DNA of 64,000 bases, taken from NCBI RefSeq assembly GCF_006345805.1, contig NC_043009.1, forward strand, positions 47,926,001-47,990,000. The letters run 5' to 3'. This stretch comes from Octopus sinensis. Lineage: Eukaryota. Within the stretch, counting starts at the first letter, position 1, and every line of letters begins with the position of its first letter. A program made the translations under genes and the position numbers. Under the pieces are notes generated by a model, which searched no databases, was not told the origin of the DNA, and saw only the letters and a list, made by a program, of their open reading frames with translations. Shown here piece by piece: positions 39,951 through 52,704 of the stretch.

Positions 39951-40169
39951 CCCTTTAGCATTTAAACAGGCCATATCCAGCCCGAATATTCTACTTGTTA
40001 ATGTTCAAACCATCCAGATCTGGCTTCTCACACCTACCATACAATGTCAATCAAAACATAAATGATCACGATATCAAAATCTCACAGTTATGAGATAATG
40101 TATAATTAATTCAAAACAATATGAATAAATAAATATTACATTTAACAGAATAATCTGAACGCTAAAGAA
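39951..40169. mobile_element. TTAA-flanked MITE, family 2
   Basis: TTAA|CCCTTTAGCATT ... AACGCTAAAG ends; related interrupted copy at about 34254-34712. Confidence 0.6.
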
Positions 40170-40376
40170 TTTTTAATATGGACAAGTAGAATCACATGGA
40201 ATTTCAAGATGTATCAGATTTTCTGGCATATAAACTGAATTTTCCAGACCAAAATTTACAGCCAAAAAAGGTAGATTGACTTAGACACCAAGACAACTTT
40301 GGAAGACCATTTGAAATGCAGCAGGATTCAGAAAGATAATGAAGATGTTCTATATTCAAAAGATGAGGAATTATGT

Positions 40377-40534
40377 ACATTATTTACATTATTTACATTA
40401 TTTACAATTAATGGATATTTGTCCTCATCTTGTTTGTTCCCCAAGACACCTGATGAAGGCCGAAATGTTGTGTTACCAACAAACAAGATGAGGGCAAATA
40501 TCCATCAAATGTAAATAATGTAAATAATGTAAAT
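40377..40534. mobile_element. Penelope-like (P2) foldback with hammerhead core in the loop
   Basis: Arms 40377-40438 and 40478-40534 are reverse complements; the loop contains GACAC-CTGATGA-A-GGCC-GAAAT-GTT-GTGTT (40445-40474). Confidence 0.65.
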
Positions 40535-43474
40535 GATAATGACGATGTTTGAATGTTTACAGTACATGCTTACATTATATACTCAGTCAACTTATATGAC
40601 GGAAAATATGGTATAAGAGTAGACTTACATGTAACAAGTTATCAAATTTTGACTACTGTCTTCCAGATCTCAGACACAACTTCTTGGATGGCGATGAATT
40701 ACAAAAACCACTGTTTGTAGAGTTGATAACACAGGTGTTTGTATTACTACCAATATATTACTTACACCTATTTTAGTTGTCCCAGGTGAATAAAATTATG
40801 ATAAATTAATGTAATTTAAAGTCAGAAAGTTGAAGTAGCAGACTAATCACAGTAACACTTCAATACAGAGTTCTGTTAACTTGACTGCATGTTTGCTAAA
40901 TATTTACAACAGCAGAACTTAGGCACTTACGTCCAAATTGCAGGCTGCCAATAGACATACCATGAGAGGGAAATGTCCCAAAGTATAGACATTAAGCATA
41001 TGGTTATCTTCCTCTCATCATTATAAACATTATTAATAGGTCAGCTTTTCCTCACTAGAAACTTAGTTTTACTTTCATTTACGCCCACAACAGAAAACTG
41101 ATGGAAAACTGATGGAAAAATATATATTCAGAAATTAATAATGTAAAGGCTTCTGAAAGTTAAAACCTAACACTTTCCAGCCTACTTTAATTATAGACAG
41201 CATGTCTATCATATATACACATTAAATTAACCTATTTTGTTTGATTTAACTATTAATCCATCTTAAACTTGCTTAAGTGCTTTCTGAAGAAATATAGCAG
41301 CATCACTTCACCCTCATTCATAAATAGTTATAGGTCATACAAACAAACTATAGAATGGTTGAGGAGTAGGGGGAGTCTAGGAAGGAAGTAAGAAAAAGAG
41401 CAAGTGGATGGTTTATATTTCCTTGAATGATAAACTTCAAGTAGGACATAATTTATCTGAGTCTTTAGGAAAACAGAAAAAAAATAAACATAATTAGAAT
41501 TATCATTTAAATAGAAACTCAATTTTGTCAAGATTTTGGTATTGTGAAGAAGTACTAATTAATAACTAAGAGACAATACAAAAATGACATGTCAAGTGGT
41601 GAATTGTTAACAAGTGGCTAGAGGGGAAAGAGAAAGCAATCTTATGATATTGGATAGCCAAAAAGGTACCATTTTTTGGTCTCTTTCTTTCTTATTTCCT
41701 AGGTGCCATCTCATGGTTTCTCACACTTCTAAATATAGTAGCCAAATTCCCTCAAAGGAAAGAACACATAAGACAATGTAGTCCCATATTCCTTTAAAAT
41801 GATGAAATTATCAAGATCAGAATGCCTTTCATCATAGGTCAATTCATTTAGGATTGATCTTGGACTAAATGACACCACACTATGAGAATATAATAACGGT
41901 TTCATATTTTGGCACAAGGCCAGCAATTTCAGGGGAGGGTTTAAGTTGAGTACATCAACCCCAGTGCTCAACTGGTATTTGACCCTGAAGGGATGAAAGA
42001 CAAAGTCAATCTCAACAGAATTTGAACTCAGAGCATAAAGACAGATGCAATATCATTAAGTATTTTGCCTGCCATTTTAACAATTCTGCCACCTTGCCAC
42101 CTTATGAGAAAATAATCATGTTTGATTGGATAAAATCTCAGCCCTTTGAGTCATTAGTCATTATTTAAGTATTCAATCAACAGTTCCACACAGTTCCACT
42201 CAACTTGAAAATTAAGAGGTACTAAACAGCGTATATGAAAGCTCACAAATATCTTTTCAGATATCTTACAATCACAATTAAAAGCAAAAAAGCAAATTAA
42301 AGACTTAATGAAATCAAATATAAGAGAAATCAATTAGTCAATTTCAGCATATTGATCTATATAAAATTGATCTGACCTTATTACCCATGTAAAGTCATAT
42401 TTCCAAGGAAAATATATCTTTGTAGTTTTCACATTATTCTTTAAAATTCAGTGGATGCTCATGATTGTATGTTGGAGATATTACAACAATAACTGGTACT
42501 CCAGTTTCTGAGCCACTAAGTTACATGGATGTAAATACACCAACAGAAGTTGTCAAGTGGTGGTGGGAGACAAACACAGACACAAACACACATATGACAG
42601 GCTTCCTTCAGTTTCCCTCTACCAAATCCACTGACAAGGCTTTGGTTGACCCAAGACTATAGTAGAAGACACTCACCCAAGATGCCACACATTGGGACTG
42701 AGCCCGGAACCATGTGATTGGGAAGCAAACTTCTGATTATACAGCTATGCCTGTGCCTATATTTTCTACAATTTTTCAGGAATTTTAACCCTCTCGGGAC
42801 ACCTAGGCTGAGTGATTGGCCCAAGTAATACAAGCTGAAAGGCCTTTGAAGCTGATCCATCAACCAGATGGAGCAAATATTGTGAATGGTTGATTTTGAA
42901 GTGTAATAGCTAATCAAGGATCATCTCTCAGCAGATGTACCTCAATAGAAAAAAATTTTGGTCTTTTTGGCTACACATACCAAAATACTGTGTCTCAAAC
43001 ATCTCAAAGAATACAGCTCTTTTGAATAACAGACAGAGCATGGCTAATTACCGAAAGTACTTAGAATTATTATCTATTATCCACGATAGGGTACAGTCCC
43101 TGTTACAATATAGTGGCTTGTGTGTTTCAATGACCCTGAGGAGCTATGCCAGTGTAGTGCAAGCTCCTAGCAAGGCCTCCCATACTGGACAGGTCAAAGG
43201 GCAGAGGTAAAAATGAGTTTGCATAACGCCAACATTTCTACCTAGAAAAAGCAAAATCACAGAAGGATTTATTCTTTTATTTGTTTCAGTCATTTGACTG
43301 CAGCCATGCTGGAGCACCACCTTCAAAGATTTTAGTCCAACAAATCAACCCCAGGACTTATTTTTTAAGCCTAGCACTTATTCTGTCAATCTCTTTTGCC
43401 AAACTGCTAAGTTACAGGGATGTAAATACACCAGATGCATTTCAGTTTAGTTGGGCCTTTTCAATAGTGCTTAC

Positions 43475-43513
43475 TTGGATCTGGCCACAAGCTCGAATGA
43501 GAATTTGTTGTCT
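43475..43513 (-). CDS. Candidate 39-nt symmetric exon (all 3 frames open, e.g. DNKFSFELVARS or RQQILIRACGQIQ)
   Basis: Strong acceptor tttatactcactttttccaatatcag and donor CAA|gtaagc; length a multiple of 3; keeps a CpG in a CpG-poor region. Confidence 0.4.
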
Positions 43514-43874
43514 CTGATATTGGAAAAAGTGAGTATAAAACATCCAGTACATATATGTAATTGAGGCAATATTTAATTAAAATAGCCATTTACCTATCAT
43601 ACTTAATGTAGACACCCTGTCAATAGGCCAGTTACTGCAGTGTTCGTTCTGGGGTACTATCTCTTATGGGCTAAACCAGCATAGAAAAATGGACATAAAC
43701 AAAGAGGAAAAGTAACAAGGGGACGAGGACAACAGCAATGACCATGGTGACAAATGACAACACTGAGGGTGAGAGCAAGTGGAGAGGAGGAAAAGTGATG
43801 ATCAATAATGATGATGATGGTGATAATGATGATGATCTGAGCAAAGAAATTGGTATTGTTATTACAACATAAAT

Positions 43875-44219
43875 TCTGAGAGACCCCCTTGCTTCGGTCA
43901 CGACACAGACCATGGGATTGCACCTAGAAAATTACCCTCCCAGGCACAAGTCCGGGCAAGGTTGTTTATGGAAGACCAGCAGTCGCCCATACATACCGGC
44001 CTCCCCTCTCCACGCCATCAGTGTTATCCAAGGGAAAGGCAAAGGCCGATACAGCTTGGCACCTGTGACATCGCAACTCATTTCTACAATTGAGTGAACT
44101 GGAGCAACGTGAAATAAAGTGTCTTGCTCAAGAACACAACACACAGCCCAGTCCGGGATTTGAGCTCACAACCTCACGATCGTAAGCTCGACGCTCTAAC
44201 CACTGAGCCATGCGCCTTC
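43875..44219 (-). mobile_element. tRNA-derived SINE family B, young full-length copy
   Basis: Head ggcgcatggctcagtggttagagcg (A-box) and gagctcaaatccc (B-box); 11-bp TSD ac(a/g)acataaat at 43864-43874 and 44220-44230; related copies at 1261-1480, 3650-3890, 23372-23705 and 33470-33700. Confidence 0.85.
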
Positions 44220-44779
44220 ACGACATAAATAATTTAACATAAATAAGAAACTTTTACTAGCTCTGTTTCTAAATTTCTATTCTCAGTTCATAAAGTTGCA
44301 AAGATCTGAATAAATTGCAAAACTATATAATAAATAGCCTCATTAAATTTGTAATATCCTACTAAAACAGAAGAATCGAAGGAAACTAAAAGTGGTCTGC
44401 ATCATCAAATGGTAATGTAAAAGAGTTCAAACATTAGAATTAATTCTATGTTTTGGCAAAGAAACTCAAAGCATAATATTTATTCCACAGTTTGAACTTC
44501 ATGTAATATCCTATTTATAACATATTTAATGATACCCACCCAGTAGAAATTATTAATGTCAATAAATCATTGAGACTGTCTCCAAATCTATCAATAAATA
44601 CAAGTGCGATATTAATGAGGATATTTCAATTAAAAGATCCGACTACAACAAACTTTTAGATTATTTCTTTAATTGTGCATGATAATTATGATTACTGGCA
44701 ACAGTAAAAAATAATGATGATGAAAATGGCAGTCGTGGTGGGGACATTAAAAGAAAACAAAAAAGAACAAAATGATGAA

Positions 44780-44827
<48 letters not shown>

Positions 44828-45003
44828 AACACTAATGGTGGTGGTGGTAATGCTTGCAGTGATGTGGTGGTGATGGCAGCAATGTATGTAAGGACATTAA
44901 AAGAAAACAAAGAACAGTGATGATGATGATGATATGATGGCAGTGGTGTTGGTGGTGGTGGTGGTGATGGTGGAGGGAAGCGAAATAAAACATAAAAGAA
45001 CAA

Positions 45004-45034
<31 letters not shown>

Positions 45035-45595
45035 ACGTCAACCGAATGACAAGGCAACAATAATAACAACAATGCTGCTGATAGTGTTGCGCAATCAATT
45101 CCGTAACTAGGAAACGTTTTGACTAAAAATTTAATCAAGGTGAAGTTAAAATATAAAAAGAAAAAGAACAAGAAGAAGAAACAGGGATGCCAAACAAAAG
45201 AAGATTAATACCAGCTCCTTCAGTCCATCAGTATGAGATCAGAAAAGTTTGCTGATTTTAAAACTAATCTCTTTAGATTACTATGTACCAGGTGACAGTT
45301 GGTGAGTTGCTTTAGCTAGTAGAGAAAAGTGATTGGAACTATAATAATAACAATAATAATAATAATAATCATCATCATCATCGTTTAACGTCCATTCTCC
45401 AGGCTAGCATGGGTTGGACGGTTTGACCGGGGATCTGGGAAGCCAGAAGGCTGCACCAGGCTCCAGTCTGATCTGGCAGTGTTTCTACAGCTGGATGCCC
45501 TTCCTAACGCCAACCACTCTGTGAGTGTAGTGGGTGCATAATAATAATGATGATGATGATGATGATGATATTAATAATAATAATAATAATAATAA

Positions 45596-45970
45596 TAATG
45601 AAGTTATGGGGCACGAGGAAAGTAATGGTGATACCAGTGGCAATTGGTGCATTCGGAGCAGTTTCCAAGAGTTTTGAAAAACATATTAAGAATATTGGAA
45701 CTGCTGTTTGGCTCGAGGTGATTCCTCATCATGTTGTTTTGCAAACAACTTGCACATGCGAGTGCTACCAGTCGAAAGCTCCGCATACTGGACAGCATTG
45801 TTGGGTAAAGCTCGCGTTCTAAGGAGATTATTCTTTGTGGCTAATGGCGTGAGTCCTGAGGAACCCTTTGAGTCACAGGAGTCAAGTCATTACTTGAAAC
45901 CTTTGGTGATTTGCTATTGCTTCCTTTCATGTAAAGAATAACCGGTAATTAAGAACTATCCAAGAGTCTT
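45596..45970 (+). pseudogene. R4/Dong-like restriction-endonuclease-type retrotransposon 3' end in an (ATA)n tract
   Basis: MKLWGTRKVMVIPVAIGAFGAVSKSFEKHIKNIGTAVWLEVI ... TALLGKARVLRR, split by a ~65-bp insertion; preceded by (ATA)n. Confidence 0.65.
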
Positions 45971-46649
45971 CAACAACAACAGCAACAGTAGAGGCACAAT
46001 GGCCCAGTGGTTAGAGCAGCAGACTCACAGGCATAAGAACGCGCTTTCAATTCCCAGACCGGGCAATCTGAGTGTTTATTGAGCAAAAACACCTATGCTC
46101 CACGAGGCTCCAGCGGGATTGGCGGGATGAACCCTGCTGTACTCTTTCACCACAACTTTCTCTCACTCTTTCTTCCTACTTCTTCCACAAAGCAGAGAAA
46201 CCATGGGGTAACCCATTATGGTGCAGTAAACTTTCAGACCCTAGTCTAGATTGCGAATCCTCTGTACCGCAGGATGGTTCAGCTCTCCACTCATTAAAAG
46301 CTACAGTTTACGGAATGAGGATAACAACGTAGCTTTTGCGCCCGTGCAACCGCCAGTCTATCGCTTGTGGCGGGTGGATCTTCAAGTTGCCACGCGCATT
46401 CTTAGTAGCTTAGAGTAGGCTCGAATTAGAGATTATTCTTTGTGGCTAATGACGTGAGTCCTGAATGGAAGAAGAAGAAGACCACAGCAACAACAACAAC
46501 AATCCTTTCTACTATAGGCATAGTGCTAGAAATTTTTGGGGAAGGGGTTAGTCGATTGTATCAACTGGTGCTTATTTCATCAACCATGAAAGATAATAAT
46601 AATAATAATCTTTTCTACTATAAGCACAGGGCCTGGAATTTTGGGACGA

Positions 46650-46830
46650 TGGATGTTAAATCCAAGTCATATGTAGAGGATTTGTTGGACACAATGTGAG
46701 GTGACTCTTTTTATCGTTGGGCCTAACTCATCATAAAGTAAATACCACCATGACCGATAATCGAAACTACAGTGGAAAAGGCTAGCCACTGGATTTGGTT
46801 AAAAAAAGACAATGAGCGATGTCTAGAAGA
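46650..46830 (+). pseudogene. RLE-type retrotransposon C-terminal remnant
   Basis: Peptide TVEKASHWIWLK resembles the AEKASxWxWLxR terminal motif of RLE-clade elements. Confidence 0.4.
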
Positions 46831-47076
46831 ATATTGAGCTTTATTTAATAACCAGTTGATCTAGCAAGCGGGGCCTCATATCAGTGAGGGGTAGGGAGCC
46901 AGTGTGCAATGGTGCCGTTGACAGGTAGGCCCTGAAACGGCACACATTCTCTCCTGATGACACCATACACTTGCTGGCTTCTGGCATGCAGAGCTTTTGA
47001 CCAGTAGCACTTGCATGTGCAAGTTGTTTGCAAAACAACATGATGATGATGACGATGATGATGATGATGATGATTG

Positions 47077-47108
<32 letters not shown>

Positions 47109-47426
47109 GATGATGATGATGCTGATGAGGTTAGTCAATTGTATCAACACAGGTCCTTGACTGATACTTATTTCATTAACCTAAAAGGATGAAAGGCAAT
47201 AATAATAAATCCTTTCTATTATACGTGCAGGGCGTGAAATTTTGGGAGAGTGGGTTAGTCAATTATATCAACCCCAGTATTCAACAGGTACTTATTTCAT
47301 CGAGTCCAGAAGTATGAAAGGCAAAGTCAATCCTGGCGAAATTTGTATTCAGAAATAAAAAAGAAAGACTAAATTCTGCTAAGCATTTTGTCCAATGATT
47401 CTAATACAAGCTATTAACATTAAATA

Positions 47427-47643
47427 CAAAGGGGTGCTGAAAAGTTTCTGGTTTTAAGGGTATCGCAAAAGGCCTGGTTGGAGGCCCAACCTTCCAAGTT
47501 CTTTAACAGGGATTAGAAAAACTGAAGGATTGCTGCAATAAGTGTGTGAATCTGAGCAGGGAATAAGTTGAATAAGATCATAATTAACTGATTCTCCTGT
47601 ATTTTCTTTTACCCAAAGCCAGGAGCTTTTCAGCACATCCTCA
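47427..47643 (+). mobile_element. Mariner-derived MITE (internal deletion derivative)
   Basis: TA-flanked TIRs (GGGGTGCTGAAAAGTTTCTGG / CCAGGAGCTTTTCAGCACATCC); retains transposase end QGLEKLKDCCNKCVNL. Confidence 0.8.
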
Positions 47644-48043
47644 TAGTTGCTATTGGTTGGCCAGAGTTCTGACTGATCAAGTGACTGACTGACTGACTGA
47701 CAAACCAATGGGAAGAACTATGATAAATCAGTGAAATAGTTGATATTATCTTGTTTTGTGTCTTAACCTTTTTCATAGCAAAATGCTTGAAATCACCTTT
47801 GGTTCTAAGATACAAATTTCCTGTTTTAAAGTGTTCAAATTTAAAATCTTACAGCAAAATTTCATGTTAATTTGTGTTCCAAACACCCGGTTAATAAGGG
47901 ACAAAGTAATTTTTATTAAGTTTATGCATTTGTTTTGCAAGATTTCTGATGTGTTGACAGAGATATTGTTATATTTGGGGACAGTCATGTTTTTTTTTTG
48001 TTTTGTTTTTTTGCCAAATAAACTCACGCACTATATATTCTTC

Positions 48044-48524
48044 ACTTCAGATTTATTTTATTATTGTTTATTCTATGTCCTATGTCTGGAAATCTTTCAT
48101 CACACATCCTGTGACCTCTTCAGTCACTGTCTTCCACACATACAGGTTTTTCCATTCAGGTGCCAGTACTGCATAAATGCACCTGTGCCAGAGGCACATA
48201 AAAAACACCCAGCACATTCTGCTAAGTTGTTGGCATTAGAAAGGGCATCCAACCATAGAAACCATACCACAACAAACAGTTGGAGTCTGAACAGCTCCCT
48301 GCTAGACAGCTCCATGTTAAATCGTCCAATCCATGCCAGTATGGAAAGCAGGCATTAAACAATGATGATAATGAGGATTTTGTCTTTCATAGAAAGACAA
48401 AATGGACTAAACAAGACAGGAGACACATGGGATGGAGAGTTGCTGAAGAGGTCACAGGTGGTGTGATGAAAGATTTCTAGACATAGGACATAAGATAAAA
48501 ATAATAATAAAATAAATCTGAAGT
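48044..48524. repeat. 80-bp inverted repeat pair bracketing an RTE tail
   Basis: 48044-48123 is approximately the reverse complement of 48443-48524. Confidence 0.85.
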
Positions 48525-49129
48525 ACATGTGATTATTTGGCAAAAAAAAAAATGACCATCCGCAAATATAATATTTTTATTAAATTTTTAATCATTTTTC
48601 AAATTAATTCAAAGAAAAGAAATGTATCAAATACTAATCATTTGATAAGGTAGGTGGAACCTCACATCAGTGGGGGAGGAGGCAGTGTGTGGTAAAGCCA
48701 TTTGGAGAAAGGCCCTGAAATGGTGTACACTATCTCTTGATGACCCACTGGAACCTACTTGTGTCCAGTATAATGAAGCTTTCAATTAGCAGCACTTGCA
48801 CAAGCAAGCTCCTTGCAAATCTAAGCAAAAATATGATAAGAGTTTATCAAAACAGACATCAATTATTTATCAAAATGTATTCAATTGACTATCTCTCTCT
48901 TCCTCTACGAAAATGACATGGTGCCCAGTTAAATTTTTTTTTAAATTCTTGTGTCCCTTGACATCCAGATGAGCTTTGAACAGTCATCAAAATCCTGGTT
49001 AGTAACAAGTCGAGAGCCTTGTATGCCTCCCCCACAGCACAATTATAACAAATCAAAACGAGGTGCAATGGAAATTTCTCAAAACAGGAAAATAATACTA
49101 AATCTGCTTGCAAATTCCTTCTCTCCCTC

Positions 49130-49323
49130 CTCCCCACCCTTTCTATATATTTATATACTTATGTCTTCCCTTCTCTGGATCTTTCCTTCTCCTATGTTTC
49201 CGATGAAGAGCTCCACTCGAAACGTTAAACCCTCTTTCTTTCCTTCTTTCCTGAGCGTCCAATAATACTATATTTTTTCACGTCCTCGCGTTGTTGTGTT
49301 TTTTTGTGCTTTCTTTTTGGGAT

Positions 49324-49330
<7 letters not shown>
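49130..49330 (+). mobile_element. Penelope-like terminal fragment (family P3) with hammerhead motif at 49196-49230
   Basis: GTTT-CCGATGA-A-GAGC-TCC-ACTC-GAAAC-GTT-AAAC; followed by (TA)n; homologous to 60078-60285. Confidence 0.6.
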
Positions 49331-49366
<36 letters not shown>

Positions 49367-49504
49367 ACATACCTATACACACACATGGACAATGTACACA
49401 CACACACATTGTTGACATATTAAGAATTTTATAAACTTTCAAGAGAACATAAACTAGTTCTTTTTTGGAATATCTCAAAGCACACACATAAAGACGTGTA
49501 TGTG

Positions 49505-49535
<31 letters not shown>

Positions 49536-51839
49536 AGAAAGCTTGGTGCAGTCTTCTGATTTGCCAGCTTTTGTCAAAACATCTAACCCATGCCAGCATG
49601 GAAAATGGACATTAATTCATGACGATGATGATGATGATAATATATATTCTTTTATTCTTTTACTTGTTTTAGTCATTTGACAGTGGCCACACTGGTGAAC
49701 TGCTTTTTGTCAAAAAAATCAACCCCAGGAATAATTCTTTGTAAGCCTAGTGCTTATTCTATTGGTCTCTTTTGCAGGTCCGATAAGTTATGGGGATGTA
49801 AACACACCAACATCAGTTGTCAAGTGATGGTGGGGGAGACAAACAGAGACACACACACAAATATATATATTATATATATAAATATATACGATGGGCTTCT
49901 TTCAGTTTCCATCTACCAAATCCACTCACAAAGCTTTGGTTGGCCCAAGGTGCAATGCAGTGGGACTGAACTCGGAACCATGTGGTTACAAAGCAAGCTT
50001 GTTACTTACCACACAGCCACTCCTGCATTTGTAGACTCTGTTCCATCTTAGCACTCCACACCTTAACCCTATTATCACACAAACCACACATCCTGTTCTT
50101 GTCCGAAGCACAAAAACCTCATCCTATTTCTACCACCAAGGTTACACTCTAAATAGAAATTTCACTCTGAAACTGGTGTCCACACACTGAGAACCCATTT
50201 TCCCCACTTACTCACTTCTTTCGACAGAATATCAGCACCTCTACTGCTTCCCAAATTCTAGCTACCCACACAACTGTTTGCTAATTTCTTGTCCTGCATC
50301 AAGGGGACATCAATCTCATTTCACTCCTCTCTGAAGTAAGACATTATAATCCATCAGCAACTTTAAGATTCCAAACCCTCGGAATCTCACATTTCTTTCA
50401 TACTAACTTTGGTAGTGCCATCCTGAAGATTCTGAAACAGTTAATATCATTCTTAACATGAACACGTGCAGTCATGGCTTTGTGGTAAGAAGCTTGCTTC
50501 CCAACCACATGGTTCTGGGTTCAGTCCCACTGCGTGACATCTTGAACAAGTGTTTTCTATTGTAGCCTCGACGTACACAGATGTACACACAACACACACA
50601 AACACACACATACACAAATACACAGACACAAACACACACACATACACAAATACACAGACACACAAAATACAATACATACACATATACACACATATGTACT
50701 CATATATATATGTAAAGTGCAAGCGTATGTGTGTGGCTAGAAGTTTGCTTCCAAAGCACTGGCACCTTCGTTAAATGCCTCAGAGTGGATTTGGTTGATG
50801 GAAACTGAAAGAAGCCCGTCCTACAGATATGTGTGCGTGTGCGTCTGTCTGTATGTGTGTGTCTTTGTGTTTGTTAACCTACTGCTTGACAACCGGTGTT
50901 GGTTCCTTTACATCTCCATCAGATAGCACATCGGCAAAAACAATTCGATCGAATAAGTACCAATTTTACAAAAACAAAAAAGGACTGGGGGGGGGGCGAT
51001 TTGTTCGACTAAAAACCTTCAAGACGGGGCCCCAGCGTAGCCACAGTCTAATGACTGAAACAAGTAAAAGTATACACACACACACACACACGCTCAAACA
51101 CACGCACGCATAATTTTATCGGTACCGACTTTGGGAAGTTTCGCCAGTCGTCAGTTTGGACGATAACCTGCTTAAAGTTTAAAATCACTGTCAATAAAAG
51201 GATTATTAAAATTAAATTGTAGTATCCTTTCTTCAGCCAATCTTTACTAATTTTATCCTTTTATACACATACACACATTTATATATGTGTGTATGTAAAC
51301 AATTGAAAGTAAAAACTTCGATATAAACAAGAGAGAGAGTACCTAACCCAGGTCCCAGTCGACAAGGTACTTTTAGATCTGGCGGAGTCCAACCTTCTCC
51401 TGGTCTACTAGAGCTGCTTTCGGAAAGAGATATTTCTTCCAGAAGAGAGAAAAAGACAGATAGAAAAGAAAAAAAAATGAGAGAAAAAGAGGAATCGTCC
51501 GCGATACAAAAGTGTTACTTTATTCATCAATCCCGAAAGAATGAAAGAAATAGTTGACCATAGCGAGATTTGAACTCAGAAAGTAGTGAGTCGAGAGGAT
51601 AACCGCAAATTAACTTATTCGACGAAGTAACGATTCTGTCAGTCGGTCGCCTTAAACAGGAGAATATACGATATCAAAAATGTTAATTTAAGTGTATGTA
51701 ACTTATCGGTTCGACAAAACAGACCGATAGAATGAGTAACAGGTTTAAGAAAATATGTACTGGGGTAGAACCTTCCAGCAAAACTGGGTCGTAAACACAC
51801 CAACATCAGTTGTCAAGCGATGATAGGACAAATACACAC

Positions 51840-51932
<93 letters not shown>

Positions 51933-51940
51933 TATATATA

Positions 51941-52098
51941 CGACGGGCTTCTTTCAGTTTTCGTCTACCAAATCCACTCACAAGGCATTGGTCGGCCCGG
52001 GGCTATAGTACAAGACACTTGCCCAAGGTGCCATGCAGTGGGACTGAACCCGGAACTATGTGGTTGGTAAACAAGCTACTTACACAGCCACTCCTGCA

Positions 52099-52137
<39 letters not shown>

Positions 52138-52208
52138 TATATATAGGGCGGTCGGTGCCCCAGCATGGCCTCAGCCGGATGGCTGAAACAAGTAAAAGAG
52201 TAAAAGAG

Positions 52209-52249
<41 letters not shown>

Positions 52250-52390
52250 TAAGTAGCTTGTTTACCAACCACATAGTTCCGGGTTCAGTCCCACTGCATG
52301 GCATCTTGGGCAAGTGTCTTGTACTATAGCCTCGGGCCGACCAAAGCCTTGTGAGTGGATTTGGTAGACGGAAACTGAAAGAGGCCCGTC
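51941..52390. repeat. Inverted pair of family A SINE segments (about 140-bp stem, about 150-nt loop)
   Basis: 51941-52094 (minus) vs 52244-52390 (plus): about 5 mismatches. Confidence 0.9.
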
Positions 52391-52632
52391 ATATATATGT
52401 AAATATATATATATGCGTGTCTGTGTTTGTCCTCCTAGCATTGCTTGACAACTGATGCTGATGTGTTTACGTCCCCGTTACTTAGCGGTTCGGCAAAAGA
52501 TACCGATAGAATAAGGCTTACAAAAGAATAAGTCCCGGGGTCGAGTTGCTCGATTAAAGGCGGTGCTCCAGCATGGCCGCAGTCAAATGACTGAAACAAG
52601 TAAAAGAGTAAAAAGAGTATATATATATATAC

Positions 52633-52704
<72 letters not shown>

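Noticed and set aside
40667-40734. Plus-strand exon-like LRHNFLDGDELQKPLFVELITQ
   Set aside because: Weak donor (gtgttt), isolated, opposite to the inferred gene direction.
41702-41795. Strong plus-strand acceptor followed by GAISWFLTLLNIVAKFPQRK
   Set aside because: Overlaps a dispersed retroposon tail family (also at 24530-24760, 54190-54290 and 56090-56280), ends in a stop and has no good donor.
44140-44219. tRNA-like sequences at SINE heads
   Set aside because: A/B boxes are present but they continue into SINE bodies with TSDs and lack a full cloverleaf with matched acceptor stem; not tRNA genes.
47756-48358. 200-aa plus-strand ORF
   Set aside because: Runs across a MITE, a poly-T tract, an inverted-repeat arm and an RTE tail; no domain-like content.
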